A DNA stretch of 64,000 nt from Octopus vulgaris (lineage: Eukaryota), in contig OX597819.1 of NCBI GenBank assembly GCA_951406725.2, positions 89,404,001 to 89,468,000 of the forward strand, read 5' to 3'. Numbering within the stretch: the first letter of the stretch is position 1; each line of letters opens with the position of its first letter. Below, piece by piece: positions 40,693-52,894 of this stretch. A program made the translations under genes and the position numbers. The notes under the pieces are model-generated. The model saw only the letters and a list, made by a program, of their open reading frames with translations, was not told the origin of the DNA and ran no database searches.

Positions 40693-41125
40693 CATATAAA
40701 TACATTACTGCTCTGTACTTTACTTCTGTTTTGGATATACGATACATTGACGACACACACACATACACACGCACACGCACACACACATACACACTTATAT
40801 ACATGCCTTCTCCTCAATTTATGACCAAATTCCGTTCCGAATAACAGGTTGTAAGTTGATCTGATTGTATGTTGGATTTATATTTTTCAACACTATTTTC
40901 ATTCATGCAACTGATGCTTGAATGCAAGTGAGTGAGAGACAGGGACAGGCAGTCGATGCCTAGGTCTGAGGGAGGCCTATGTTGCCAGATGTTTCCATAG
41001 TTATCATATGCACAGCTGCCCAATGTCTGAAAATCGATTTTTAATTAATTAATTAATTAATTAATTAATTTTTTGTGGTTGTAAGTGATGATGATTGTAA
41101 GTCACATAGGTCTTATGTTGAGGAT

Positions 41126-41172
<47 letters not shown>

Positions 41173-41329
41173 ACAGCAGCATTCATCCTATATTTCTGGA
41201 CTGCCATATTAGCTTGTCAATAACAATTAATATCCAGTATCACTGCTGTAGTTTCCTTTAGAGAGACTTAGCAATATTAATATATATATATGAACACAAA
41301 TATTTACCTCTATTTAACTATCTCACATC

Positions 41330-41377
41330 GTCTCTGATGAAGGGATATCCATAATATCCCAGGAACAGCTGTAAGAC
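41330..41377 (+). ncRNA. minimal type I hammerhead ribozyme motif (core variant GGAA)
   Basis: GTCT-CTGATGA-A GGGATA/TATCCC A-GGAAC AGCT GTA-AGAC: stems I and II and palindromic stem III present; one core substitution. Confidence 0.7.
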
Positions 41378-41645
41378 TATATCTATATCTTTTTCCTTAT
41401 AAATGTCCTGAAAACTCCTCACGGCCTCGGCTTTGTTATCTCATTTTGTCTAATCGCTAGCCACTACACATTCTTTATTTTCTCTCCTTGTTTCTTTCTG
41501 TGGTCCTTTCTGTCGAAGAGCAGAATAAATCACCTCCAATAAATCACCTCCCGGACGACGTTATTCTCAACTAAGAGCTAATACGACCTTTTGGGGATTA
41601 TCGCCTAACATCGGTTGAGGACTCTCACAAACAAAAGAATCTAAT

Positions 41646-43769
41646 ATGGACGCATATCATATAGATTATTCTATGAAAAATATACCGATCCCATCAAAGG
41701 ATTTTTACTCTAAGAAACTTCTGCAAAAAATTACTGATGTAATTAAGCGTATAAGATGGAAGGCTTTCTTTTTTGACACAGAAGCGAACACCAAGGAAAA
41801 CATTTGCTATCGGATAAAATCCAAAAATTCCCTCCTAGGATTAAAGGCTTGGAAGATTTCGAAGCGGACCTGCTGAAGATCATGAGCAAAATAAAGTTTC
41901 GTAAGTCTTTTAACAATTTCCAACATAAATTGAAAAAAGATATTGATCATATAAAAAGCTCCAAGAAAAAAGCACTTTTTTCGGATAAAACCAAGAACTT
42001 ATACCTGGTAGATAACAGCAAATACACACAACTCTTACACAACAGCATCATTAATAATTATACTAAGGCTAGGGCACAGACATATAACGAAATTAATAAA
42101 GAAGCTAGCGTCATCGCCGCTAAACTTAAATTAGATAAAAAAATAGAAACCCTCCCCAAAAAGAGGCCTTTATTACTATTAAAGACCACAAAGAAAACTT
42201 CCTTTCCAATCCTAAATGTAGGCTTATCAACCCAGCCAAGTCAGAACTAGGGATTATTAGCAAAGAAATTTTAGATAAAATAAATACGAAAATTAAGACC
42301 GATACTAGGCTAGTGCAATGGTCCAATAGTATAGAAGTCGTAGACTGGTTTAAAGCTATTAAGAATAAGAAAAAAGCGAGGTTTACACAATTCGATATTG
42401 TTGATTTTTATGCCTCTATCTCTAAAGAACTGCTAGATAAAGCCCTAATCTTCGCTAGTGACTTCATAGAAATTAGTACCAATGATAAGGATATAATCTT
42501 CCATGCTAGAAAGACATTACTTTTCAGTGAGAATGCAAAGTGGGTAAAAAACACCGACACGGAGGGCGCTTTCGATGTGAGCATGGGTTCATATGATGGG
42601 GCAGGCATCTGTGATCTAATTGGACTCTTTCTCCTAGATACCTTCAGTAAGACATTCCCTAATGTACATTTCGCCATCTACAAAGATGATGCCCTCGCCT
42701 TAACAGCTAATACAAATGGACCAGCACAAGATCGTTTTAGGAAGGATATTATCCAGTTAATGAAACACTTCGGACTTAGTATAACTATAGACACTAACCT
42801 GACGGTTGTCAATTTCTTAGACGTTTCCTTAGATCTTAATAATAATATTTATAAGCCTTATAGGAAGCCCAATGATAGACTAAGTTATATTAATGTAGGT
42901 TCATGCCATCCCCCTATAGTATTCAAAAATTTAGTTAAAAATATTAGTAAGAGGATTTCTAGCCTCTCATCTAATGAGGACATCTTCAATAGCGTTGCCC
43001 CAGTTTATAATAAAGCTTTAAAAGATAGTGGTTTTAGCGAAAAAATAAAATATACACCTATCACCAGCCCAACAATAAGGAAAAGGAATAATAGAAATAG
43101 GAAGGTCATCTGGTTTACGCCCCTTACTCACCCGAGGTGGCCTTCAATATAGGTAAATATTTCCTAGCACTGATAGATAGACATTTTCCAGTTAACCATG
43201 CTTATAGGAAACTCTTCAATAGACACAATTTAAAAATTAGTTTTAGTTCAACTACCAATTTTAAAAACATAATCAATCATAACATACAAAAAACACAAGA
43301 AGAAAACAGCTGTTCATGCAGGAATAAAGAATTGTGCCCGCTAAATGGAGCTTGCATGTCCAAGACCATCATATATGAAGCTACCGTAAACTCTATAACC
43401 ACTAAAGACACCGTTTCGACAAAGAAATACGTGGGCCTGACAGAGGGTAATTTCAAGGCCAGGTTCAATAACCACACTTTGAGCTTTAGGCACTGGAACA
43501 AAAGAAAAGCGACACAATTATCCAATCATATTTGGTCTTTAAGAGATAAAGGTGTCGATTATAACATACAATGGAAGATTTTGGCCAGATGTAAGCCCTA
43601 TACTAACGGCAGCGGAAGGTGCGGTTTATGCGACATGGAGAGATGGCTTATCTGGAAAAGCAGCTTAGACCCTACCACATGTCTAAATACAAGGACAGAG
43701 CTTTTCGGATCATGCCCACATGTGACTAAATTTCTGTTACGTTTTTGGTCCCCTAAAGAAAACGGATAG
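41646..43769 (+). CDS. PLE reverse transcriptase-GIY-YIG endonuclease (~708 aa after repairing three frameshifts)
   Basis: YSMKNIPIP, SDKTKNLY, RLINPAKSELG, FDIVDFYASI, SMGSYDG, YKDD, NFLDV, CSCRNKELCPLNGAC, IIYEA...YVGLTEGNFKARFNNH, CGLC...SCPH; no in-frame stop in the repaired frame. Confidence 0.8.
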
Positions 43770-43963
43770 AACATGCTTTCTGTGTTATGTCCCAAGAAGA
43801 TTTTATATATTTTTATATATTTTTATATATTTTTATGTATTTTTATATAATTTTTATGACGAAAAATGCGAGCGATGTATAAGTACGCAGGCAAAGCAGA
43901 GTTATAACAGAGTAATTTCCCTTCATTTTTAACGGTATTTTTTCATAACGTTTTCAAATAGCC

Positions 43964-44026
43964 AGATAACCGAAGAGATGGTGTTGTGGATTTCCACTTC
44001 GGCATCTGAAACTCAGAGTTTTATCT
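43964..44026 (+). ncRNA. hammerhead-like motif in PLE 3' tail
   Basis: Stem I AGATAA/TTATCT, core CCGAAGA...(T)GAAA, stem II GATG/CATC, stem III CTC-A-GAG, triplet GTT; non-canonical core. Confidence 0.6.
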
Positions 44027-44055
44027 TGACTACCGAGTAATGTAACATATTGTAT

Positions 44056-44101
<46 letters not shown>

Positions 44102-44349
44102 GTTCTGGTGTTTCCTGAATTTTTCTTGAGAGCATTTCTTAGTGGTAAGACCATAGCAGATCTACTTCTAGCATAAGGGTTGTCCACATTGTGGTCATCC
44201 CTCTAATATGTATATATATATATATACACACACACACATATATACAGACACACATACATGAGTGCATGCACGGATGTCATAGCATATGTAGATCTGTATG
44301 TTTTGACATATGTTTGACACAAACATATGTTTGCATGTCTATACCTGTG

Positions 44350-46230
44350 TATACACACATTTATTACATGCCAAAACCCCTCGAATGTTTTACATATTTT
44401 GACAGTGCCTTGCAGCTGAAACATCCTGACTAGTCCTTTTTTTTTTCTGAATTGGCAAAAGCCAGCTTCTCAAGGTTGATTCTAAGAAATGTGAGTGAGT
44501 ATCCAATAGCTCTGATAATTATAGATGAAAATCTAAAGTTATAGTTCTGAAGATGTAATTGCAGATTTCTTATCAGTTCGGCGTAAATGGTTTCTTTGTC
44601 ACTAATCTTGGAAGTGTACTCTTGGAAGTGTATTCACCAGGCAAACGATTTGATCTGAGACTACATATCGAGATGCAGTGGAATCATGTCAATGGCTAGG
44701 CTGTAGTTGGTGTGTTGAAAATATTAACATCAAAAATAAATGTTTAAGTGAATCTAACATTTCCTGTGTGCATTTTTAAATAACTAATATGTGTATTACA
44801 CACTGCAATCATTAATCATTGACAATTTGTTAACATCTACTAACTAGGCAGCTGATTTCATCTACTGTACACAATTTCTTTTCTATATTCTGAATTGGTC
44901 TGTTATGCTTACATTCACCAAGATCTTGACAAGAACATTTCACTGTTATTCTTTCATATTATGAGTGATTATAATTTCCACATCACTATAGTTTCTTATA
45001 TTTCTATCTCCAAGATTAGGCTTTCTATGTATTTCATTGTCTAATATTCTAGCAATGATATCATGCCTCAAAGGTAGATAGAATGAAATAACATTTTCAT
45101 ACAACTATTGGTAATTTGGGTGAATCTTCAGTATCAATTCAGACTGTATTGGGTGTCTCACCAAGATGGTATATCTACGCTCTCACCCCTTTTGTACACC
45201 AGGTATTTTGTTATTATTGCCTGCTTCTGCATTGCAAAAGCATATCCTTCAGAGTGAAAGCTGATATCCTGGTTGTTAAGGTGGCAAGCTAGCAGAAACG
45301 TTAGCATGCCAGGTAAAAGGCTCAGCAGTGTTTTGTCTGTCTATATGTTCTGAGTTCAAATTCCATTGAGATTGACTTTGCCTTTCATCCTTTCGGGGTT
45401 GATAAATTAAGTACCAGTTGCATACTGGGGTCGATCTAACTGACTGGCCCCCTCCCCAAAAACTGCAGGCCTTGTGCCTAGTGTAGAAAAGAATATCTTG
45501 GTTGTTAGTCCAAGATAGATGTATATACGTATTTTGCTTTTCTTCTGTTGTTTTCCTGAGTGAATATCCCTAGCCATCAATCAGGGAATACTTTCTGACA
45601 GCTCTTTTTCCAATTCTTATATTACCTGCCTCATGTATGCAAACTTGATTCAAGGTAGACTTTGACACTTGGTAGTTCAGAGACTTTGTCGAAGGGGTAT
45701 AGTGTAACATTCAAAAGTTATTTGAATCAACATTAAATTTCTGTTGTCTTGTTTTTGTTTAAAGTAAAGACAACCTACATAACTGTTCATATCAAAATTT
45801 CTGGAATGGGTTGGCATTTTTAGGGTTTTAACATCAATAACCCAGATTTCATCTAATGTTCAGCTGAGCCCAAATGTTGGTATGAGTATGGGTACACCAA
45901 ACACATTATAGGGTATGTACTGTATGCTTATACATTCCTTGTTACATGTTCCATCGTAGAAAATAGTTTCCTCTATCTCTAAGTACCTGTAGCTTTCACT
46001 CATCCGATACCAAAAATTGTCAAGTCATTGATAGAAATACAGTCAAATGACTGAAACAAATAAAAGAGCAAACTTGTTATTGTTCTTCCTCATTTTACAA
46101 CCATATAACATATGCCCAGGCCAAAATCCTTCTCTGTATCTTTTCAGAATGTCCTAACCGACTGAGTAAAGTTTTTTTTTTTCTCCATACCATTCATATT
46201 CATGGCATAGACTTTCAGATCATCCATCGG
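44350..46230 (-). mobile_element. degenerate R4-like RLE LINE (RT to C-terminus)
   Basis: MDDLKVYA (RT), ESYRYL, SEGYAFAMQ.QAIITKYL, C-terminal INLEKL...QLQGTVKICKTFEGF. Confidence 0.65.
45278..45493 (+). mobile_element. SINE family A with TSD
   Basis: Flanked by ATATC(C/T)TGGTTGTTA on both sides. Confidence 0.85.
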
Positions 46231-46309
46231 TATTTTTCGATGTTGTTGTTGTTGCTGTTGTTGTTGTTGTTCTTCTTCTTCTTCTTCTTCTTCTTCTTAT
46301 TATTATTAT

Positions 46310-46775
46310 TACTTTTTTTTTTCTTCTTTCAAATTTGCTTCCATTTTTGCCGAGTGTCTTCCCGACTCCTAGGGCAAAGAAACTCATAGTATACATTGGT
46401 AGGCCATTAAACCAAACTCAATAGTTCGTTCATTTTTTTTTTTTTTCTTAAGTTAAATTAAAATACATGAGCAGCAACAGTTCTCACATCGACAATGCTC
46501 TTCTCAATACATGTGATGTACCAATTAAGACAATCTTTTGCACTTCTTGCAGGGATGGTAAGCCAGGGATCATTCTCATATAATTTTCGGTTCCCTTCTT
46601 GATCATTCCTAGAGCTCCTACGATCACTGGTATTGTAACCGCCTTGAGATGCCACATTTTCTCAATTTCAATGAGTAGGTCTTTATATTTTCTGAGCTTG
46701 TCAAACTCTTTCGCTGAGATATTATGATCACAGGGGATGCTCATGTCGATCAATAAACAAACTTTATTGTTTTGA
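46310..46775 (-). mobile_element. R4/Dong-type LINE 3' end in (TTA)n
   Basis: IDMSIPCDHNISAKEFDKLRKYKDL...IPVIVGALG...QKIVLIGTSHVLRRALSM*. Confidence 0.85.
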
Positions 46776-46787
46776 TTATTATTATTA

Positions 46788-46847
<60 letters not shown>

Positions 46848-46848
46848 G

Positions 46849-47027
46849 TTCAGGTCACTGCATGGAATTGAACTCAGAATCTTGGGTTTGGTAGCCCATG
46901 CTCTTAACCACTATGCCATATGCCTGTGGTTATGGCATAGAGGTTAAGAGCGTGGGCTACTAACCCCAAGATTCCAAGTTCGATTCCAGGCAGTGACCTG
47001 AATAATAATAATGATGATGATGATGAA

Positions 47028-47099
<72 letters not shown>

Positions 47100-47330
47100 A
47101 ATAATAATAATAATAATAAAAATAATAATAATAATAGCAATAATGACATTGAAAAATACCTTAGGAATGAGAACCCAGGTTCAAAATTTCCCCAAGACAC
47201 CTGGTGAAGGCTGGAGGATATATCAGCCAAAATGCTGTGTTAACAACAAACAAGATGAGGACAAATATCTGTCAATTGTAAATAATGTGAAAAATGTACA
47301 TAATTCCTCATCTCTTAAACATAGAACTAA
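46849..47330 (+). mobile_element. tRNA-headed element with inverted head duplication, (TGA)n/(TAA)n spacer and degenerate hammerhead
   Basis: 72-bp inverted arms; A box TGGCATAGAGG, B box AGTTCGATTCC; ACAC-CTGGTGA-GGCTG/CAGCC-AAAATGCT-GTGT at 47197-47240. Confidence 0.65.
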
Positions 47331-48411
47331 AGCTGTAAACTATTTATACATAAGATTCTCAATGTAACTGGCCAGTAGTTTTGTGCCATGTGAGTGGGAT
47401 TCCTTATGGATATCAGATTTGGTTCCGCCAATGCCACCCATTTTTTAAATGTTTATATCTCAATTAGAAACTTGCTGATAGAGGTCAATAAGAGACTTCC
47501 AGTAAGATGGTCAGATTTTCATACCGGTATCTAATAATCACATCTCTTTCTAATGTTTTCCTGTTCTAGATTGTTTGAATCATAGTCTCAAGAGTGTCAC
47601 CACCGATGCTGTGTTCTTTTGGTCTGACAGAGAGAGAATATTTCTTTTAGATTTCTTCCAGCCACCTTACATTCCAGTTAATTTCCTTCACCTCACACAA
47701 GATTTTTCTCCAGGATAAATCTGTCATCTTGAGGAGGAACTTGTGTGACATTTATTCATTCTCTTTCCTCTCATATCTCTGTAAACTACTGATTGTTTTC
47801 GATTAGATTTCTTTTATCTTTTATCTTTTACTTGTTTCAGTCATTAGACTGCAGCCATGTTGGAGTACTGCCTAAGGGAATTTTAGTCAGGTGAATGTGG
47901 GGGGGGGGAACACTGTCATAAAGATAGACCCAAAGAGACACATATACACACATATATATGATGGGCTTTTTCCAGTTTCCATCTACCAAAACCACTGACA
48001 AGGCTGGACCCAGAACCATGTGGTTGGGAAGTGAACTTCTTACCACTCAGCCATACCTGTTAATTATTCTTCTTTCAACTACACTTTTCTGATGCTAGAG
48101 CTGCTTTTCACCAGCAGCTTTTAGCTCCTATTTAAGGATAATAAACTCACATTCAAGTTTTTCTTTTTAGTATTTAGCATTTGTTGGTGGATTGCGTTTG
48201 CTGTTTGCCTGTGTTAAGCAATATCACATAAATGATAGTTTTCCGAAATCAATTATGTTTTTTTTTTAGATTTACACTTCCCAAATCCCCAATGCCAGTT
48301 TTTCAATTATTATTTTGCTTTTCAGTGATTCTTTAATATCTCTGTGATGCTGCTTTGTGGTTGTCGAGAGGGTATATGAGCAGACATGAATTTAACAACA
48401 TGAAGGGTCCT

Positions 48412-48645
48412 TAGGTGGTGAGCTGGCAGAAACGTTAGCACTGCGGGTGAAGTGCTTAGCGGTATTTCATCTGCCGTTACATTCTGAGTTCAGATTCTGC
48501 CAAGGTCAACTTTGCCTTTCATCCTTTCAGGGTCGATAAATTAAGTACAAGTTACACACTGGGGTCGATGTAATCAACTTATTCCATTTGTCTGTCCTTG
48601 TTTGTCCCCTCTATGTTTAGCTACTTGTGGGCAATAAAGAAATAA
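48412..48645 (+). mobile_element. SINE family A
   Basis: Complete head, core and tail; further copies at ~38473, 57275, 61314. Confidence 0.85.
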
Positions 48646-48719
48646 GAAGGGTTCTTACACTGTTGTAAATATTGTCCCCTGATTTCATTGAGCATCATTA
48701 GAATCAGTTTCTTTAGATC

Positions 48720-48856
48720 AGTGGTTCCCAACCTGGGTCCATATGGCCCTTGGGAGTCCATACAACCCTTGGGGGTTCATACTGCCCTTGAGGGTCCATA
48801 TAAGATTTTATCTTTAAAAAATTTATCTGCAATAAATTGGTTATAATTCTACAATA
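48720..48856. mobile_element. hAT MITE left part, interrupted by Helitron
   Basis: Starts CAGTGGTTCCCAACC (Charlie-type TIR); ~22-bp internal tandem repeats. Confidence 0.55.
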
Positions 48857-51644
48857 CTAGCTGAATCACCCCCACCCCCACCCCCGGACAGTCGATTCAG
48901 TTAGTACATATCTAAACTCCTGTTTGCAGTTTGAAAGTAAAAAGTGAAACTTACTATAATTTTCTTAAAAAGTTTCCTTACAGACAACATTGTCAGTGTA
49001 GATTCTTTATACTCTGAGTCCAAAGCCAATATATGTACATTGTTCCTAGAACCAACCCTGCTGTTGGCAACATAGAACTGGCCATGTCTGAACATAGGTG
49101 TTGGCAGGTAAATTCCAACTTTTTCTCAGGTCTGGGCCTGTTTGATGTTATTCCAAAAGCTGGCTTCACAGGAAACTGCTTCCTGGAAAATGAGAATGGG
49201 TAGTCTTCAGTGGTGGTCAGTGGAATTTGTGGTATCATTATTCGGATTCCAGTATGTATCCCATTGGCCATTCCAGCTTGGAAACACTCCCTGTAAAATC
49301 AAGGAGAACCAGTGTGTGATGGCAGAAGAATGATTTTAGACCCTACGTCGTTCATGTCACCATTTGCAATAGCATCCAGAAGGCCGGGTACTTTTCAGCC
49401 TTAAGTTGTTTCTGATGAGTTCTCAGGAAATGTAATCGATCTTGTTCTATCTTTGCATATTGATCTACTGCATATTGTTGCATCTGACACCTACTTTTCA
49501 TTATGCCACTGAACTCGTCCTTTCTTACCTAAAGCTGATAAGAATAAAAGTCACATCCAGTGATGTTTTGCTTTGGCCATTGTTATTCAAGAGCACATTC
49601 CAGTCATCTTCCCTGTAGGGAAACAGAAGTACATAATGAAGAGGGTCAGAGCTTCTGTGGATTTAACTAATATAGTTTAACTTCCCATTGCTCTCACTGA
49701 ACTGTGTAATAACATCCACAGGTTTAATGCTTGGATTATTGGTATCATCTCCCACCATGATCACAGCAACTGCTGATGCAGTCAGTGGATTATATATTTC
49801 TTTACTACCCACAAGGGGCTAAAAGTGGATTATAGGTTCTCTCATGTGACCCAGTAGGTATAAGCCATTTGTCATGACTTGTAATAATATCACCGTTGGA
49901 ACATTTTCCTGGTGCAGAGTATTCCTTAATTATATCAATAGCCTGTTTAAAAGTTTTGACATATGGATTGTGCATATGCAGTGCTCTCTGCAATTATAGC
50001 TAGATGTTCTCATTAAGGTCAGTGTCAGCTCCTCTGAATGACAACCTGTTTCTCATCCCATTTTCAGTGTCAATGGAATATAGCTGTGCTTAGATTGGCT
50101 TGCTATTTACTGCTCTTAGAAGACTTCCTATGTGGCGGTACAACTTTCCTTGAAACTTGAAAGTAGAAATAAGAGAGCTACTACCCTGTGGTCCAACAGG
50201 TGGATTATCCAGTCCAAGTGAAGCCATAGCCAGTAAATTATTGTAGTTACAAATTTTGTTCAGAAACATTTGACCGCATAGATTAACATCATAGTACTTA
50301 GCTATTGATTCTGGGAGCTTTTTTTATCTGTGGAACTTTGTCATTGCTAATTTTTCCTTTGCCACAGCTGAGGGTAGATTTCTCAGCACTCCAAAGGTAA
50401 GCTTTGCAGTCAGGGCATGTTCTGTTCAAAATGTTTCCATAGTAGGGCAACATAAGGCTTGGGTTTCATTCTTTCTCATGAAAATCTGCCACATCAACTT
50501 CCATAGCCATTCTCACAGTGTCAGTTCTTTGCTGATGAAGTCTCGATTGGTATTGTGCCAGGTTGTTTGCTTGTCGCTGCTGAATTTGTGTTTCCTCAGC
50601 CAATCAGTATTTGTCCATGTTTCTGTTTCTTGTGATGTTTCCATTGCATGGCTTTTCTGTGTTCTCAGCCAGTTTTCATTCCTCTGTGCTTCGGAATCTT
50701 CTGGTCTTTCCATTGCATGGGTTTCCTATCTTCTCAGCCAATCTGCATTTCTCCATGCCTCTGTTTCTTCTGGTGTTTCCATTGCACAGGTTTCTTGCAT
50801 CCTCTTTCGCTTTACTTCGAGATACTGAGAAGAGCAAGGTCCTTGTCTTTCTTCAATTAGTGTCTGTTATCTTTGCCCAGCAATCTTTTGTGAATAGGAA
50901 TTTTTTCAGGACAGGCTGTTGCCCTTCTTTTTCTGAACATAGTGTACTGTTGAAAACGTGAATATTTATGATAATTACACAGTGAAAGTTTTGAGACGAT
51001 TCAGCTAGTATTCAAGCTAATTTCTCTGAACAGGAAGTTTCCATGGTATTAATTCTAAATATTTACCTTGGGTATTTATTTACAATTACACCACTCTCAC
51101 TAAACACTATTTTAGAGTGAAGTTTTCTGTTGTTGAAATGCTCTAAACGAATTTGACCATAAAAAATGTCTGAAATTTAGTATTTTTTAAAGTAATAGTA
51201 AAATTAGTCGAACCTATTTTCATGTAGTCGAATGAGTAAAGTTTCCGAAATTTTCATACTTTTTACGTCTGCTATTTCAGAATTCTCCACATGCGTGAAA
51301 TATCAGACGATGGTACATTCAATAACATACTCATACATGCAACAACATAAACAGGCACAAGAATGGCTCCAACAGCCGACGGCATGAAAATAGGTCTGAC
51401 AAATTTTATTGATATCTCAAAAAATACTAAATTTCCAACATTTTTATGGTCAAATTCGTTTAGAGAAATTCAATAACATAAAAATCATACTTTAAAATAT
51501 TGTTTAGAAAGTATGGTGTAATTGTAATTTTCGCCGAAGACTAACAGCATTTTCTTTTCAAAATGACACCCACAGAAACATTGGAAAGAACGCAATTGGT
51601 TAAGAGACAATGAAGTAAGAGAAGTAGTAAATATGTGTGTGAGT

Positions 51645-51719
<75 letters not shown>

Positions 51720-52380
51720 ATGTTGGGTAACATTGTATGAGAGAGTGAGTTCAATACGTAATATCTATACATATAAATTTGACATGGGTGTGATCAAACG
51801 GATGGGTGGAATTGTGTGAAAAATTACACACATATGTAGAATGATCCGGTGGTGATGCTGGGCTTTATATGTTTTACATTGCTCCCATGGTTACCGAGAT
51901 AATCTACTATAATAATACTCTTGTGCTTATGAATGAGAAACGAAGGGGTGATAGATGAATAAGGAAGGAAGGGGTGATGTCATACTTGGTAGTGGGATGA
52001 TGAAAATTGTACACTGAAAAAATAAATCAAACAGCATTCTAACTCTCTGTGAATATATGTGTGTATGTAAAAGGGGGTATGTGAATGTGTTTATGTGTGT
52101 GTGTGTGTTTGTGTTTGTATGTGTGTGTGTGTGCGCGTGTCGTGTGTGCGTGCAATAAAAGTGGGATGGTTCATCTTTGTTCGCTTAGTATTTGGGTTAA
52201 TTTTTTGATTTGGTTGAATCTTAGTTATTTTTTTTTTTTTTGTTGGTCAGTTATTTTTAGCGTTTTGACAGAAAAAAAATCATTCTAAAACTGTTTTTCA
52301 ACCTAAGTGTGCCCAAACACAGAGCAGGTTTTACAGCCACATCATCCAAACCGACCGGGTGAAACTGGGGTTAGCTGCTA

Positions 52381-52429
<49 letters not shown>

Positions 52430-52843
52430 AGAGAGAAACATCAAAGTAACACTGAAGGAGACATGGAAAAGTGTGCTACTGGTTAAGAGAGAGTGAGTTA
52501 AGAGAAGCAGTAAATATGTAGAAGGGAGAGATAGAGTTATGAGAAGTAACCTTGTCTGCAATTCTATCAATTACCACACCTCCCATTACAACTCTCAATA
52601 AGAGAAAGAAGTAGTAAGCATGAGGAATAGTTGGAGAGTCACTGAATAGTGAGAGAGGGGTAATTCATTTTGTTGGATTTTACAAGACTGGAACCAGACC
52701 GGTTAATTTTCATGAATCCCATATAGATGTTGACACTCTCCCGGTACCCACGGTTCCTCACACCAAGTTTGGTTGAAATCGGTCTAATGGACGCAGTGAA
52801 GTTTGTTGACACACAGACGTAAATAGTGCAGTAATAGTATAGA
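48857..52843 (-). mobile_element. Helitron with internally deleted RepHel and both termini
   Basis: Minus strand 5' A|TCTATACTAT (52843) and 3' CTAG|T (48857); PIF1 motifs RKQFPVKPAFGIT, FRHGQFYVANSRV; Rep-region NYNNLLAMASLG, FQGKLYRHIGSL, HNPYVKTFK, DPLHYVLLFP. Confidence 0.8.
51080..51527. repeat. long inverted repeat (~150-bp arms) inside the Helitron
   Basis: TTACAATTACACC...CTCTAAACGAATTTGACCATAAAAA vs TTTTTATGGTCAAATTCGTTTAGAG...GGTGTAATTGTAA. Confidence 0.8.
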
Positions 52844-52894
52844 TAACAAAATATTTTAACAATTTTTTAAATACATTTTCTTCTAATATCTAGT

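Larger units (their letters stand above)
41520..44055 (+). mobile_element. Penelope-like retroelement (Naiad-like), near full length
   Basis: Single RT+GIY-YIG reading frame, 3' tail with hammerhead-like motif, ends in (TA)n. Confidence 0.9.

Noticed and set aside
41646-43900. Selenoprotein-type Naiad (UGA recoding plus SECIS)
   Set aside because: No in-frame TGA in the repaired ORF, conserved positions are Cys codons, and no convincing SECIS was seen
46931-47002. Functional tRNA gene
   Set aside because: Acceptor and T stems do not close properly; it sits in an inverted duplication, so it is better read as a SINE-type head
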